Shown piece by piece: positions 20,201-35,166 of a stretch of DNA of 64,000 nt (the first letter of the stretch is position 1; the number at the start of each line of letters is the position of its first letter). Source of the DNA: Chrysomallon squamiferum (lineage: Eukaryota > Animalia > Mollusca); NCBI GenBank assembly GCA_012295275.1, contig CM022679.1, forward strand, positions 20,460,001 to 20,524,000. Direction: 5' to 3'. The position numbers and the translations under genes were made by a program. A model generated the notes under the pieces. That model ran no database searches. It was not told where the DNA came from and saw only the letters and a list, made by a program, of their open reading frames with translations.

Positions 20201-21042
20201 CACCATAAAGGTTTTCCTGTATTATATTATATAATATGAAAATTTCAGAATCATACAATCATTTAATTTCAAAAATAAAAAATCTTAATAGTATGAACAA
20301 AACTAATCTTTTGCAGAAAATGAATTACTATTTTATTAAATATTAAACTTTTCTTACAAACAACATTTAGTATTTAAAGATGAAACTAACAAAGTAAAAC
20401 ATTACTTTGCCAATGTTTTCTGGTTGAATCTCTACTGGAGGGTTATAAATAGGATGAAATTGGAAGATATCCATTTGAAATTTTGTCTGTATTTCCTGAC
20501 TTTATGTTGCCATTGATTTTAGTTTAGCTTTTAAAAATTATTTAATTAATTCAGAAATTAAAAACTATTTTATTACTTTTTTGAAATTTCTGTTTTGTTT
20601 CTGATCGTCACTTTCTGTATATACATTTCTATGTATGGTGTGTGTGTGTGTGTGTGTTTGTTTATATTTTTATGAATGTTTGCATAGACATAAACTTATG
20701 TAACTACAACATGTTAGAGTGGTATCAAACTGTTTCAAATGAAATGTAACAGCTCAACAGATCTTAGTATGTCTAAGTTGTTTACACAGCATCAGTTGTC
20801 AACACGTTTGATGATTCGTGGAATGTCACCTGGGAGTACTGGAAAGACACTTACAACTGTCAGTGGGATCCACTTTACTTCCAGTGCTATGATGGCACAT
20901 GTGTGTCCAAGTCCCAGCACTGTGATGGCTTTTGACAGTGTCCAGATGGATCTGATGAATTTTCATGCAGTATTTCAGGTTTAAATGGCACATCATGAAA
21001 TGCAACTGAATGTGGGATGCTGTCTTTGGAATCATGCTTAAT

Positions 21043-21080
<38 letters not shown>

Positions 21081-24000
21081 TTTATTTCTCTTCTTCTTCT
21101 TTTTTCCAGGAAATTTTGAGAGTCTTTTTCTTTGTGTATGTTATATTTTTTAATTATAAAAAAGGTGCATGAAATATTTTAAAGATCGGATGTATGCTTT
21201 TTAAACTAAAATTCTGCATGTGATTGTCCTATGCATGACTCTTTGAATTCATGGAGAAAATCTGCCCTGACCAGAGGTCACATTAAAAGAAATGTCTGGT
21301 TATTTCAGCAACAACATATTGGTGTATTAAAGACTGCGTTACATTCTTTCTTACTGAATGAAAACAAAATAATCTCTCTCAGAATAACAGTACAAAATAC
21401 TGAAGCAATTATTTCACTGGAAATGCATTTTTCAGTTGCATGATGCATTTTACCTGTGCACATGTTTGCATGTGTAAATTATTTTGAAAACCTTTTTGCT
21501 CTTGGTTTTACATTTTTTTAAATCAACACATTTTAAAACAACATCATAGCTTGTTAAGGTTTATGTTTGCATTTGAATAAGTTGGTTCAAATGTATTTAT
21601 TGTTAATGTGTAAATCTTTAGAAGTTTACTGTTAAACTGAAGTAAAAAAAACAACATTTTATAGAAAGATGTTACAAGTTAAAGATTTAAAGAAAATCAA
21701 AAAGTGAATTATATTGTCATTAGAAAGTTATGAAGCCTTGAATAATTGAAAAAAAAAAAAAAATTTCACTGGATTTGGAAATATTTATTACCTGACAATG
21801 TGTGACTGGTAAACATAATAAAATATATTTATTTGTTAACTGTTTATAGACTGGCTAGATGCTTTTATTTTCAGGATTATTTCAGTGATTTATTACAATT
21901 TTAAAATTTCTTTTAATCTTAAAGAAAACTACAATAATTTTATTTATAACACACTAAAAAAAAAGTATTATTCAGTATAAGTATGTGTATTTCAGTAGTT
22001 ATTTCCTATCACTAAACCTGCACACACAAATGGAAGTATTTTAATTACATCACTTCATTATTTAATAAGAGAAAAAAATACATTTTCATAATACTGTTCA
22101 GTTTAAAATAGTATTGAAAATAAATATTTCAATTTTTATTTTCTGTCAGTAAATGAATTAATTTTTACACCAATTCTTGACTGTCTCATAGTTTTGAACA
22201 CATATTTCCTTTTAATACTGTGACTTGATTTGTAAACTTCATCTCTCATTTTAATCATTTTTGTGATTTCTTGTTTATTTTCAGACACCTGTGAAAAATT
22301 TACCCAAGAAGTTGCAACAATCCAAATCAACATTGATGAAGCAAACACCCAGATTGATGTTGACAGTAATTATTTCTTATCACTGTAGATATTTAATGGG
22401 GAAATGTTCTGTCAATCATACCAAATTATTTTACAGCAATGTTATACAGAAAAACAAAAAATCATTGTTAAAGATATACATACACACACATATATATAGA
22501 TATAATTTAAATTTTTGAAATTTTTGAAATTTTTTAATAATGGTGTTAACAAGATATTTTGCAGTGAATTTAAAATGAAAGAAACTGAAATCTTTATTTT
22601 TTATTTTTTTTTATTCTGGTATGTAGTAGATGTAAGAAGATTTAAACAATTTTTAAAAATCGTAAATAGAATAATAAGACAGGAATTAAAGATTTATGCA
22701 GTCACTGATAATAAACAGTAATTCAAATATAAATGTATTTAATGCTAAATTTCTATGACTAGGAATTGGAATAATTTATCAAATAAACTTATTTATATTT
22801 TCATTAGTATTTTTAAGAAATTTATATTATTTTAACTCTTGTTGGATTCATGTATTTCTTATTTGTATATTTATCATTTTGTGTTTTATTTTAATTACAG
22901 TTAATCCAGCTAGATACACAGTGAATTTACCATTCAGTTCAGTCATAGAGTCGGTAACATTTTCTGATGATACCAGAAATACTGATAATTCCCTTCCTCC
23001 TAAAACTTATTTTCAACTGATTCGGAACACTAACCTGGGTAACTGGCAAATTCGGATGATAAAACCTATAGACAGAGATGTAAGTGTTGATGTAAATAGG
23101 AAAATTATTATAAACCAGTAGTAGATGTAAATTAAAATATTATTCTAGACCAGTATTAGATGTAAATAAAAATATTATTATAAACCAGTATTAGATGTAA
23201 GTAAGAAAATTATTCTAGACCAGTATTAGATGTAAGTAAGAAAATTATTGTAAACCAATATTATATGTAAATAAGAAAATTATTCTAAACCAGTATTAGA
23301 TGTAAATAAAAAAATTATTCTAAACCAGTATTATATGTAAACAAGAAAATTATTATAAACCAGTAGTAGATGTAAATTAAAATATTATTCTAGACCAGTA
23401 TTATACGTAAACAAGAAAATTATTATAAACCAATATATGTAAATAAGAAAATTATTCTAAACCAGTATTATATGTAAACAAGAAAATTATTCTAAACCAG
23501 TATTATATGTAAATAAGAAAATTTTTATAAACCAGTATTAGATGTAAATAAGAAAAATGTTTCAGATAAATAAGAAAATATTCTAAATCATTTAAGGTTG
23601 TTATATCACATAGAAATACTGAAATTATACTTGTATAATGCAATTAACTATTTAATAAATTGATTTTATATTTGTTTGTTGTTTGTAGGGCCAGTTTCCA
23701 GCTGCGAATGATGACATCAACTCAGTAGAATATGAACTTATCTGCAAGGATAATACTAATACCAGTGTAAGTCATATTTTGTCACAGTAACTTCACATAT
23801 ATATCTTATTGCTTACAATTCACTCTTGTCATTTCTCTTTCTTATCTTTAATCCAAATCCATTTACAAATCTGGACTCAACCCAACCAGCCTGAATATAC
23901 CAATACTGGTATAGTAGGTTTTTTTTTAAATGAAAATATCTGGTTAATTGCTTCTACCTTGACTAAACCAATACTATCAGTAATGAAGAGAATGATGTTA

Positions 24001-27000
24001 TTTGTCTAGTTTAATTTGTACTTGAAGATACAGCCAACCATTTCAGAACATGCTTCATTATTTTTGTCAAACACCAAATTAATCATGATGAATTTGTTTA
24101 CAGTTTGATTTGATATTGTTTAACTGATTCGCTGTTTTTTAAATTCAGCCATTCTATCCACTTTTGAAGATGCAGATTGTTGATTTGAATGACAATGCTC
24201 CGCAGTTTGTAGGTGCTCCATATGCTGCTACAGTCAATGAGGTAGGATATTGTTAATTTGTTACAAAATATAAATCAACAAATTTTTATCTGGTTTGATG
24301 TTTCAGCAGGATTACCTTTCATGATTAAACAGAGCTGCTGACATCACAAAATTGTATAGTTAATCATCAGAATAATGTCAGTAACAGTAGAAATTATTCC
24401 TTCATTAAGAATCAAATGGAACTGGATTTCAATGAAAACTGTTATTTTTATTTGTGTTCAGCTTATGCCTGTGGGAACAACAATTTTCCGATCAGTTTCC
24501 TCTACTGACCTGGACAGGTTGAAGAATGCTGTTGTTGAATACACTATACTGCCAGGAAATGGAGATGCAGTAAGTGTTTTAATTATTTGTTAAAGAAAAA
24601 CAATTAAAGTTGAATTAAAAGTATGTATAACCTAACATTTCTGCAACAAAATTAACCTAAAGGGTTATATTTTGAATTATAACAATAATACATTAATAAT
24701 GCTTTAGATAAATAATTGAAATCTTGTTTTCACAGAATGATGGCTTCACCAAGTTTGCTATTCCAACCCCTTCCCAGGGATTTGTGACAGTTAGTGAGAC
24801 TCTGGACTTTGAAGCTGTCAATGTTAATAATGCACCATTCTACATTGTGAGAATCCAGGCAGCTGTAAGTATTGATTTGGCAGGAATTCAGGCTGAGGAT
24901 TACAACAGTGGATTATGAAATAATACTTAGTGCAATAGTCTTTCATCATGACAAAAACAGTAAATAAAATTTCAGCAAAATACTGGAAAAATAACTTTAA
25001 ATAACAATACTAATCTGTGTTTCTATTTTTAATGTTTGTTTTTGTTTTGTAAGTTGTGATGTATAAGAGTATTTTCTGAGCAATAAGACAGTGTCTGATA
25101 TAATGTGAGTCTAACATACAGTGCTGGTTTCCAGTGTTTCACTGAATCTCTGTGTGTTACAGGATCAGCCAGATGATAAAACCAAACAGAAAAAATCAGT
25201 AACATTTCTCAACATTACAATAACAGACGGAGATGATCAGGGTCCAGTGTTTGAGTACAGTGGCTGTAGATTGACAACAACAGCACCACCAGTGTGTTTT
25301 AACCCAGAATACAGCATCAGCGTTGTTACTGGTTCAACAGTAAGAAAATATTAATTAAATTAATATGTTAGACGCAACAGTTAAACAGAGTTCAATTCAT
25401 TTCAACTGATGCAAATGAATCTAATTGTAAATAAAGTTAATTATGGTAATTGCTATTAGAAGTTGCTAAATTTTAGTATATCTCAAAGTATGAAACCTTG
25501 AAAACATTTTAATGCATTATAGCTTCAATTATTTTAAAAACAGATTTTTATATCTGTAAAAATTTATAATATAATTAATTATTTTTGATAGAATAGATTA
25601 TTTTTGTATGCTGTTTACTTGATGGTTTAAACTGTTTTGTTATATTTGAACAGTTTTCATAGTTTTTTTAATTTGATAATGTTAACTATTTTTACTCTGT
25701 TATATTTGATATGTAAAGTATTTTTACACTTTGTTATATTTAATAGATATATTTGATAATGTAAACTATTTTTACACTTTGTTATATTTGATAGTCTAAA
25801 ATATTTTTACAGTTTGTTATATTTGATAGTGTAGATTATTTTTACAGTTTGTTATATTTGATAGTGTAAACTATTTTTACACTTTGTAATTTTTGATAGT
25901 AAAGTATTTTTACACTTTATTATACTTCACAGTTTAAATTAGTTTAATACATACATTTAATATATGATACAAATTCTAAATAACATGTTTTCCTTCTTAT
26001 TATTATTTTTATTACTAAAATAGCACTCTTTCTTCACAGTAGAAATATATAATAACTTTGTTTGAAATTTTATTTTTATATAATATTATGTGATTTATAA
26101 TATTATAATACTTTATTTTCTCTTTTTAAAATTACTTCTTTTGTCATTTATTTAGACTGGAGTTCTTGAGGTCCATGCTATTCCAGACACTACTAATTCA
26201 CCTGTAAACATTGCTGCTAGAGACCAAGATTCACTTAACTATCCCATCAGCTTCACCATTGAACAAAGTATGTTTTATATATACCCTACACACATACACT
26301 GAGCACTATATATATATATACCCCACTCTCATCTCTAAGCAGTATATACAACCCCACATTCATCTGTAAGCAGTATATACACCTCCACACTCATCTATAA
26401 GCAGTATATACACCCCTACACTCACCTGTAAGCAGTATATATACCTCCACACTCATCTATAAGCAGTATATACACCTCCACACTCATCTATAAGCAGTAT
26501 ATACACCCCTACACTCACCTGTAAGCAGTATATACACCTCCACACTCATCTATAAGCAGTATATACACCTCCACACTCATCTGTAAGCAGTATATACACC
26601 CCACACTCATCTATAAGCAGTATATACACCACCACACTCATCTATAAGCAGTATATACACCTCCACACTCATCTATAAGCAGTATATACAACCCCACTCA
26701 TCTATAAGCAGTATATACACTTGCACTCTCATCTGTAAGCAGTATATACACCTCCACACTCATCTATAAGCAGTATATACACGTCCACACTCATCTGTAA
26801 GCAGTATATACACCCCCACACTCATCTATAAGCAGCATATACACCTCCACACTCATCTATAAGCAGCATATACACCTCCACACTCATCTATAAGCAGTAT
26901 ATACACGTCCACACTCATCTGTAAGCAGTATATACACCTCCACACTCATCTATAAGCAGTATATACACCCCCACATTCCTCTGTAAGCAGTATATATACA

Positions 27001-30000
27001 CCCCCACACTCATCTGTAAGCAGTATATATACCCCACACTCATCTGTAAGCAGTATTTACCCCACACTCATCTATAAGCAGTATATACACCCCACACTCA
27101 TCTATAAGCAGTATATATACCCCACACTCATCTGTAAGCAGTATATACACCCCCAAACTCATCTATAAGCAGTATATACACCCCCAAACTCATCTATAAG
27201 CAGTATATACACCCCACACTCATCTATAAGCAGTATGTACACCCCTAAACTCATCTATAAGAAGTATATACACCCCCAAACTCATCTATAAGCAGTATAT
27301 ACACCCCCAAACTCATCTATAAGCAGTATATACACCCCACACTCATCTGTAAGCAGTAGATACACCCCACACTCATCTGTAAGCAGTATATACACCCCAC
27401 ATTCCTCTATAAGCAGTACATACACCCCACATTCCTCTATAAGCAGTATATACACCCCCAAACTCATCTATAAGCAGTATATGCACCCTCAAACTCATCT
27501 ATAAGCAGTATATACATCCCCAAACTCATCTATAAGCAGTATATACACCCCCAATCTCATCTATAAGCAGTATATACACCCCCAAACTCATCTATAAGCA
27601 GTATATACACCTCCACACTCATCTATAAGCAGTATATACATCCCTACACTCACCTGTAAGCAGTATATACACCTCCACACTCATCTATAAGCAGTATATA
27701 CACCTCCACACTCATCTATAAGCAGTATATACACCCCTACACTCACCTGTAAGCAGTATATACACCTCCACACTCATCTATAAGCAGTATATACACCTCC
27801 ACACTCATCTGTAAGCAGTATATACACCCCACACTCATCTATAAGCAGTATATACACCACCACACTCATCTATAAGCAGTATATACACCACCACACTCAT
27901 CTATAAGCAGTATATACACCTCCACACTCATCTATAAGCAGTATATACAACCCCACTCATCTATAAGCAGTATATACACTTGCACTCTCATCTGTAAGCA
28001 GTATATACACCTCCACACTCATCTATAAGCAGTATATACACCTCCACACTCATCTATAAGCAGTATATACACCTCCACACTCATCTATAAGCAGTATATA
28101 CACCACCACACTCATCTATAAGCAGTATATACACCTCCACACTCATCTATAAGCAGTATATACAACCCCACTCATCTATAAGCAGTATATACACTTGCAC
28201 TCTCATCTGTAAGCAGTATATACACCTCCACACTCATCTATAAGCAGTATATACACGTCCACACTCATCTGTAAGCAGTATATACACCCCCACACTCATC
28301 TATAAGCAGTATATACACCTCCACACTCATCTATAAGCAGTATATACACCTCCACACTCATCTATAAGCAGTATATACACGTCCACACTCATCTGTAAGC
28401 AGTATATACACCTCCACACTCATCTATAAGCAGTATATACACCCCCACACTCATCTGTAAGCAGTATATATACCCCACACTCATCTGTAAGCAGTATATA
28501 TACCCCACACTCATCTGTAAGCAGTATTTACCCCAAACTCATCTATAAGCAGTATATACACCACCACACTCATCTATAAGCAGTATATACACCTCCACAC
28601 TCATCTATAAGCAGTATATACAACCCCACTCATCTATAAGCAGTATATATATACACTTGCACTCTCTCATCTGTAAGCAGTATATACACCTCCACACTCA
28701 TCTATAAGCAGTATATACACGTCCACACTCATCTGTAAGCAGTATATACACCCCACACTCATCTATAAGCAGTATATACACCTCCACACTCATCTATAAG
28801 CAGCATATACACGTCCACACTCATCTGTAAGCAGTATATACACCTCCACACTCATCTATAAGCAGTATATACACCCCCACATTCCTCTGTAAGCAGTATA
28901 TATATACACCCCCACACTCATCTGTAAGCAGTATATATACCCCACACTCATCTGTAAGCAGTATTTACCCCACACTCATCTATAAGCAGTATATACACCC
29001 CACACTCATCTATAAGCAGTATATATACCCAACACTAATCTGTAAGCAGTATATACACCCCCAAACTCATCTATAAGCAGTATATACACCCCACACTCAT
29101 CTATAAGCAGTATGTACACCCCCAAACTCATCTATAAGCAGTATATAGACCCCCAAACTCATCTATAAGCAGTATATACACCCCCAAACTCATCTATAAG
29201 CAGTATATACACCCCACACTCATCTGTAAGCAGTAGATACACCCCACACTCATCTGTAAGCAGTATATACACCCCACATTCCTCTATAAGCAGTACATAC
29301 ACCCCACATTCCTCTATAAGCAGTACATACACCCCACATTCCTCTATAAGCAGTACATACACCCCACATTCCTCTATAAGCAGTATATACACCCCCAAAC
29401 TCATCTATAAGCAGTATATACACCCCCAATCTCATCTATAAGCAGTATATACACCCCCAAACTCATCTATAAGCAGTATATGCACCCTCAAACTCATCTA
29501 TAAGCAGTATATATACATCCCCAAACTCATCTATAAGCAGTATATACACCTCACTCTCATCTATAAGCAGTATATATACCCCCCAAATCTCATCTATAAG
29601 CAGTATATACACCCCCAAACTCATCTATCAGCAGTATATGCACCCTCAAACTCATCTATAAGCAGTATATACATCCCCAAACTCATCTATAAGCAGTATA
29701 TACACCCCCAATCTCATCTATAAGCAGTATATACACCCCCAAACTCATCTATAAGCAGTATATACACCTCCACACTCATCTATAAGCAGTATATACACCC
29801 CACACTCATCTATAAGCATATATATACACCCCAGTATATACACCCCACATTCATCTATAAGCAGTATATACACCCCACATTCATCTATAAGCAGTATATA
29901 CACCCCTGAAACTCATCTATAAGCAGTATATATACACCCCCAAACTCATCTATAAGCAGTATATACACCCCCAAACTCATCTATAAGCAGTATATACACC

Positions 30001-33000
30001 ACCACACTCATCTATAAGCAGTATATACACCTCCACACTCATCTATAAGCAGTATATACAACCCCACTCATCTATAAGCAGTATATACACCCCCACACTC
30101 ATCTGTAAGCAGTATATACACCTCCACACTCATCTATAAGCAGTATATACACCTCCACACTCATCTGTAAGCAGTATATACACCCCACACTCATCTATAA
30201 GCAGTATATACACCTCCACACTCATCTATAAGCAGTATATACACGTCCACACTCATCTGTAAGCAGTATATACACCTCCACACTCATCTATAAGCAGTAT
30301 ATACACCCCCACATTCCTCTGTAAGCAGTATATATATACACCCCCACACTCATCTGTAAGCAGTATATACACCCCACACTCATCTGTAAGCAGTATATAC
30401 ACCCCACACTCATCTATAAGCAGTATATACACCCCACACTCATCTATAAGCAGTATATATACCCCCACACTCATCTGTAAGCAGTATATACACCCCCAAA
30501 CTCATCTATAAGCAGTATATACACCCCCAAACTCATCTATAAGCAGTATATACACCACCACACTCATCTATAAGCAGTATATACACCTCCACACTCATCT
30601 ATAAGCAGTATATACACCCCCACTCATCTATAAGCAGTATATACACTTGCACTCTCATCTGTAAGCAGTATATACACCTCCACACTCATCTATAAGCAGT
30701 ATATACACCTCCACACTCATCTGTAAGCAGTATATACACCCCACACTCATCTATAAGCAGTATATACACCTCCACACTCATCTATAAGCAGTATATACAC
30801 CTCCACACTCATCTATAAGCAGTATATACAACCCACACTCATCTATAAGCAGTATATACACTTGCACACTCATCTGTAAGCAGTATATACACCTCCACAC
30901 TCATCTATAAGCAGTATATACACGTCCACACTCATCTGTAAGCAGTATATACACCCCACACTCATCTATAAGCAGTATATACACCTCCACACTCATCTAT
31001 AAGCAGTATATACACCTCCACACTCATCTATAAGCAGTATATACACGTCCACACTCATCTGTAAGCAGTATATACACCTCCACACTCATCTATAAGCAGT
31101 ATATACACCCCCACATTCCTCTGTAAGCAGTATATATACACCCCCACACTCATCTGTATGCAGTATATATACCCCACACTCATCTGTAAGCAGTATATAC
31201 ACCCCACACTCATCTGTAAGCAGTATATACACCCCACACTCATCTATAAGCAGTATATACACCCCCAAACTCATCTATAAGCAGTATATACACCCCACAC
31301 TCATCTGTAAGCAGTATATATACACCTGTAAGCAGTATATACACCTTCTCCACATTCCATCTATAAGCAGTATATACACCCCCAAACTCATCTATAAGCA
31401 GTATATACACCCCACACTCATCTATAAGCAGTATATACACCCCACACTCATCTATAAGCAGTATATATACCCCCACACTCATCTATAAGCAGTATATACA
31501 CCTCCACACTCATCTATAAGCAGTATATACAACCCCACTCATCTATAAGCAGTATATACACTTGCACTCTCATCTGTAAGCAGTATATACACCTCCACAC
31601 TCATCTATAAGCAGTATATATATACACGTCCACACTCATCTGTAAGCAGTATATACACCCCCACACTCATCTATAAGCAGCATATACACCTCCACACTCA
31701 TCTATAAGCAGTATATACACCTCCACACTCATCTATAAGCAGTATATACACGTCCACACTCATCTGTAAGCAGTATATACACCTCCACACTCATCTATAA
31801 ACAGTATATACACCCCACACTCATCTGTAAGCAGTATATACACCCCCACACTCATCTGTAAGCAGTATATATACCCCACACTCATCTGTAAGCAGTATAT
31901 ACACCCCACACTCATCTGTAAGCAGTATATACACCCCACACTCATCTATAAGCAGTATATACACCCCACACTCATCTGTAAGCAGTATATACACCCCCAA
32001 ACTCATCTATAAGCAGTATATACACCCCCAAACTCATCTATAAGCAGTATATACACCCCACACTCATCTGTAAGCAGTATATACACCCCACATTCTCATC
32101 TATAAGCAGTATGTACACCCCCAAACTCATCTATAAGCAGTATATACACCCCACACTCATCTATAAGCAGTATATACACCCCCACACTCATCTATAAGCA
32201 GTATATATACACTCATCTATAAGCAGTATATACCCCCACACTCATCTATAAGCAGTATATACACCCCACATTCATCTATATATACAGTATATACACCCCA
32301 CACTCAACTATAAGCAGTATATACACCCCATATATCTATATATACACCCCATACTCATCTATAAGCAGTATATACACCCCCACACTCATCTGTAAGCAGT
32401 ATATACACCCCATATTCATCTATAAGCAACATACACCCCCACACTCATCTATAAGCAGTATATACACCTCCACACTCCTCTATAAGCAGTATATACACCC
32501 CACACTCATCTATAAGCAGTATATGCACACCATATTCATCTATAAGCAGTATATACACCCCCACTCTCATCTATAAGCAGTATATATACCCCCACACTCA
32601 TCTATAAACAACATACACCCCCACACTCATGTATAAGCAGTATATGTACAGACAACAAACTGTGAAAAAGCCAGGTTAATTATATACTGAAACATTTCTA
32701 ATAAATTCTCTTTTGAAGAAAATATATAAAATACTGATGTGTGTGTGTGTGTGTGTGCGTGTGTGTGTCCTACTAATAGCATTTACATGGAAATTGATAG
32801 CATACGTAATTGTTTATAAGGAACTGGAAGTCACATTTATTTTTTTAATTATTGTTTTTAATATTATTATTTATTTTTTATTCTGTTTATCTTCCCCATA
32901 TAATTATTAAAAAGAATAAATGTTAACATCCAATAACTTTAACTATAAAGTAAAACAAATTTTAATTGATTTAAAATTTATTTGTGATAGCAACACCAGC

Positions 33001-33802
33001 TGGTCTGATAACTAAATTCAACCCACTTCAGTCAGTTCGACCATCAGCAGGCAGTTTGCTCTACACTACAAGTCTCAGTCTGAGGAGTGCTATCACCAAG
33101 GCTGATGTCATCAACAATGAGTTCGAGATTGTCATACGGGTTGGTAGCATTTACATTTCTCAAAATTGATTATATTGAATTATATAAAATTTGATTAATT
33201 AATAAAATTTTACAGAAACTGTTTTTCTTGAAATAAAGCTTTCCCTGTCTAACTGTTCTAAATAAAACAGAAGGTTTCATAAAAAAAATAATACTAAGTT
33301 CAGATAAATGATATGTTTTAAATAACTTTTTATTGAATCACAGATAGATATGAAGTGAAGATAGCATTACATTTTTTTCAACATTTTCTTCAATAGAATT
33401 CTGACAAAACCCAAGGTTTTGTCCACATCAAGCATGTCTGAATAATAATCTGATGGAAGTATGTTATAAATTGTTACTTTAAAATAACTGGACTAACTTC
33501 TGTTTCCAGGCTACAGAGACAGGTCCAACATCAGGAGCTAACAGATTCCAGCGGGCTGTTGTCCGTGGAAAGTTTGTTGCTGCTAATAACTTTCCACCAA
33601 CTGTCACTTCATCTACTGGAAATTTCATTGGCTACATTCGTGAAGATGCCAAAACCAACGACCACGTTAGAGACTCCAGTCTTACAAATACGTTGCAGCT
33701 GGTTGTTACTGATCAGGATGTGGTGAGCTTTTTTATCTTTAAACATATTTTATTTTTTTTGTTTTTTATTTACTAGATAAGATAAAATATAAAATGTATT
33801 AA

Positions 33803-33838
<36 letters not shown>

Positions 33839-35126
33839 ATCTGGCTGTTTATCAAACTATTAAAATTATTTTATTCTTTTTTTGAGGTAAAACCCAAACT
33901 GTTAAGCAGAGTATTATAAATTGATATTACACCATTCATTTTTGTTGTCTATGCAGTCTGCCTCTGACCCAAAACAGACATATACATATGAAGTTATCGG
34001 AACAACAGCATTTAAAGTTGACACAGATGGTTTTCTCAGATTGGCTGCACCTGGCTTGGACTATGATGCAGGACAAAAAACATACACTTTTCAGGTTGGT
34101 AATCAGCAAAACAGCAGCACAAAAGCTGATAATAATTTGCACACAAACACACGTGAAAACTGAATCCAAAGTGGGGTTGCTGAGCCAGTGATAATGAAGT
34201 GCTGCTGCAGTTGCTGAATGATGGAGCTGTGTACATCAGTGTGTCATTTGTAAAGCAGACCATATTTCTCAATGCTTAATTTTTATTTACAGTATGACCA
34301 CATTAAATAAAAACACTATAATTCTGATTTTATTGGTTTTCCTAGCCATCATATATGTATTTTTTAAATGTTGAACACCATTTTTTTTTTTTACAGTTAT
34401 TTGATCTAGCTTTTTATCTGTTGCTGACAAAATGTTTTAAAATGTCAGATGAAAATTCATGCTTGTACTTTGGATTCTAATAATGCTAAACCTTGTTTAT
34501 TCATCAGTGTGTGATTATTTGAATAATAATAATAAAAAAATCTGTATGATTAATGTTAAATTAAACAGTTCTTCTAGCTGAATTTTCCATTTGTAGAGAA
34601 AGATTATTTTGAATATTTCAGTGTGTTGTACTAAACTTCGTAATCACTTACTGCTACTCACTGAACATTTGAACACACTATTCATGTATTTTATATTTCA
34701 GGTCAGAGTGACAGAAGCAAGTACAAAGGAAAAGTTATCAACCACACAGGACTTGACAGTGAATGTAATTGATGTGAATGATAACAGACCAACCTTCCAG
34801 TCCAATTTACTAAAATTTACCAAACCAGCAGGCACTTACAACAAAGACTTTATAACAAATGTATGTCTTTACATGGAATATAAATGGTTTTGTTGTTAAC
34901 ATATTCCTTCATTAAATCATAAAAATATTTTATTCATTACTAATAATTTTTCAAATACAATTTACATAGACACATACATTGTTTATCACATGTACACATA
35001 ACTGCTACTGTTTATTTTTGTTATTGTTAAACAAATATTTTACTATTTTTTTATTATTCATTGCACATAAATTTACAACTGTTATTTCTAATACAATCCT
35101 TCATTTGTCACCAACACCTGAATATT

Positions 35127-35166
<40 letters not shown>

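Noticed and set aside
20933-20935. Selenocysteine at the LDLa TGA
   Set aside because: The TGA is not at a Cys position, and no SECIS can be assessed because the 3' UTR is absent.
20739-21035. Track ORFs 20739..20984 (+) and 20826..21035 (-)
   Set aside because: Shadow frames of the LDLa exon, which is in a different plus-strand frame.
26320-32645. CRISPR-like array or repeat-protein ORFs (GVYILLTDEC...)
   Set aside because: Contiguous tandem units with no unique spacers and no cas genes, inside an intron of a eukaryotic gene; the frames break constantly.
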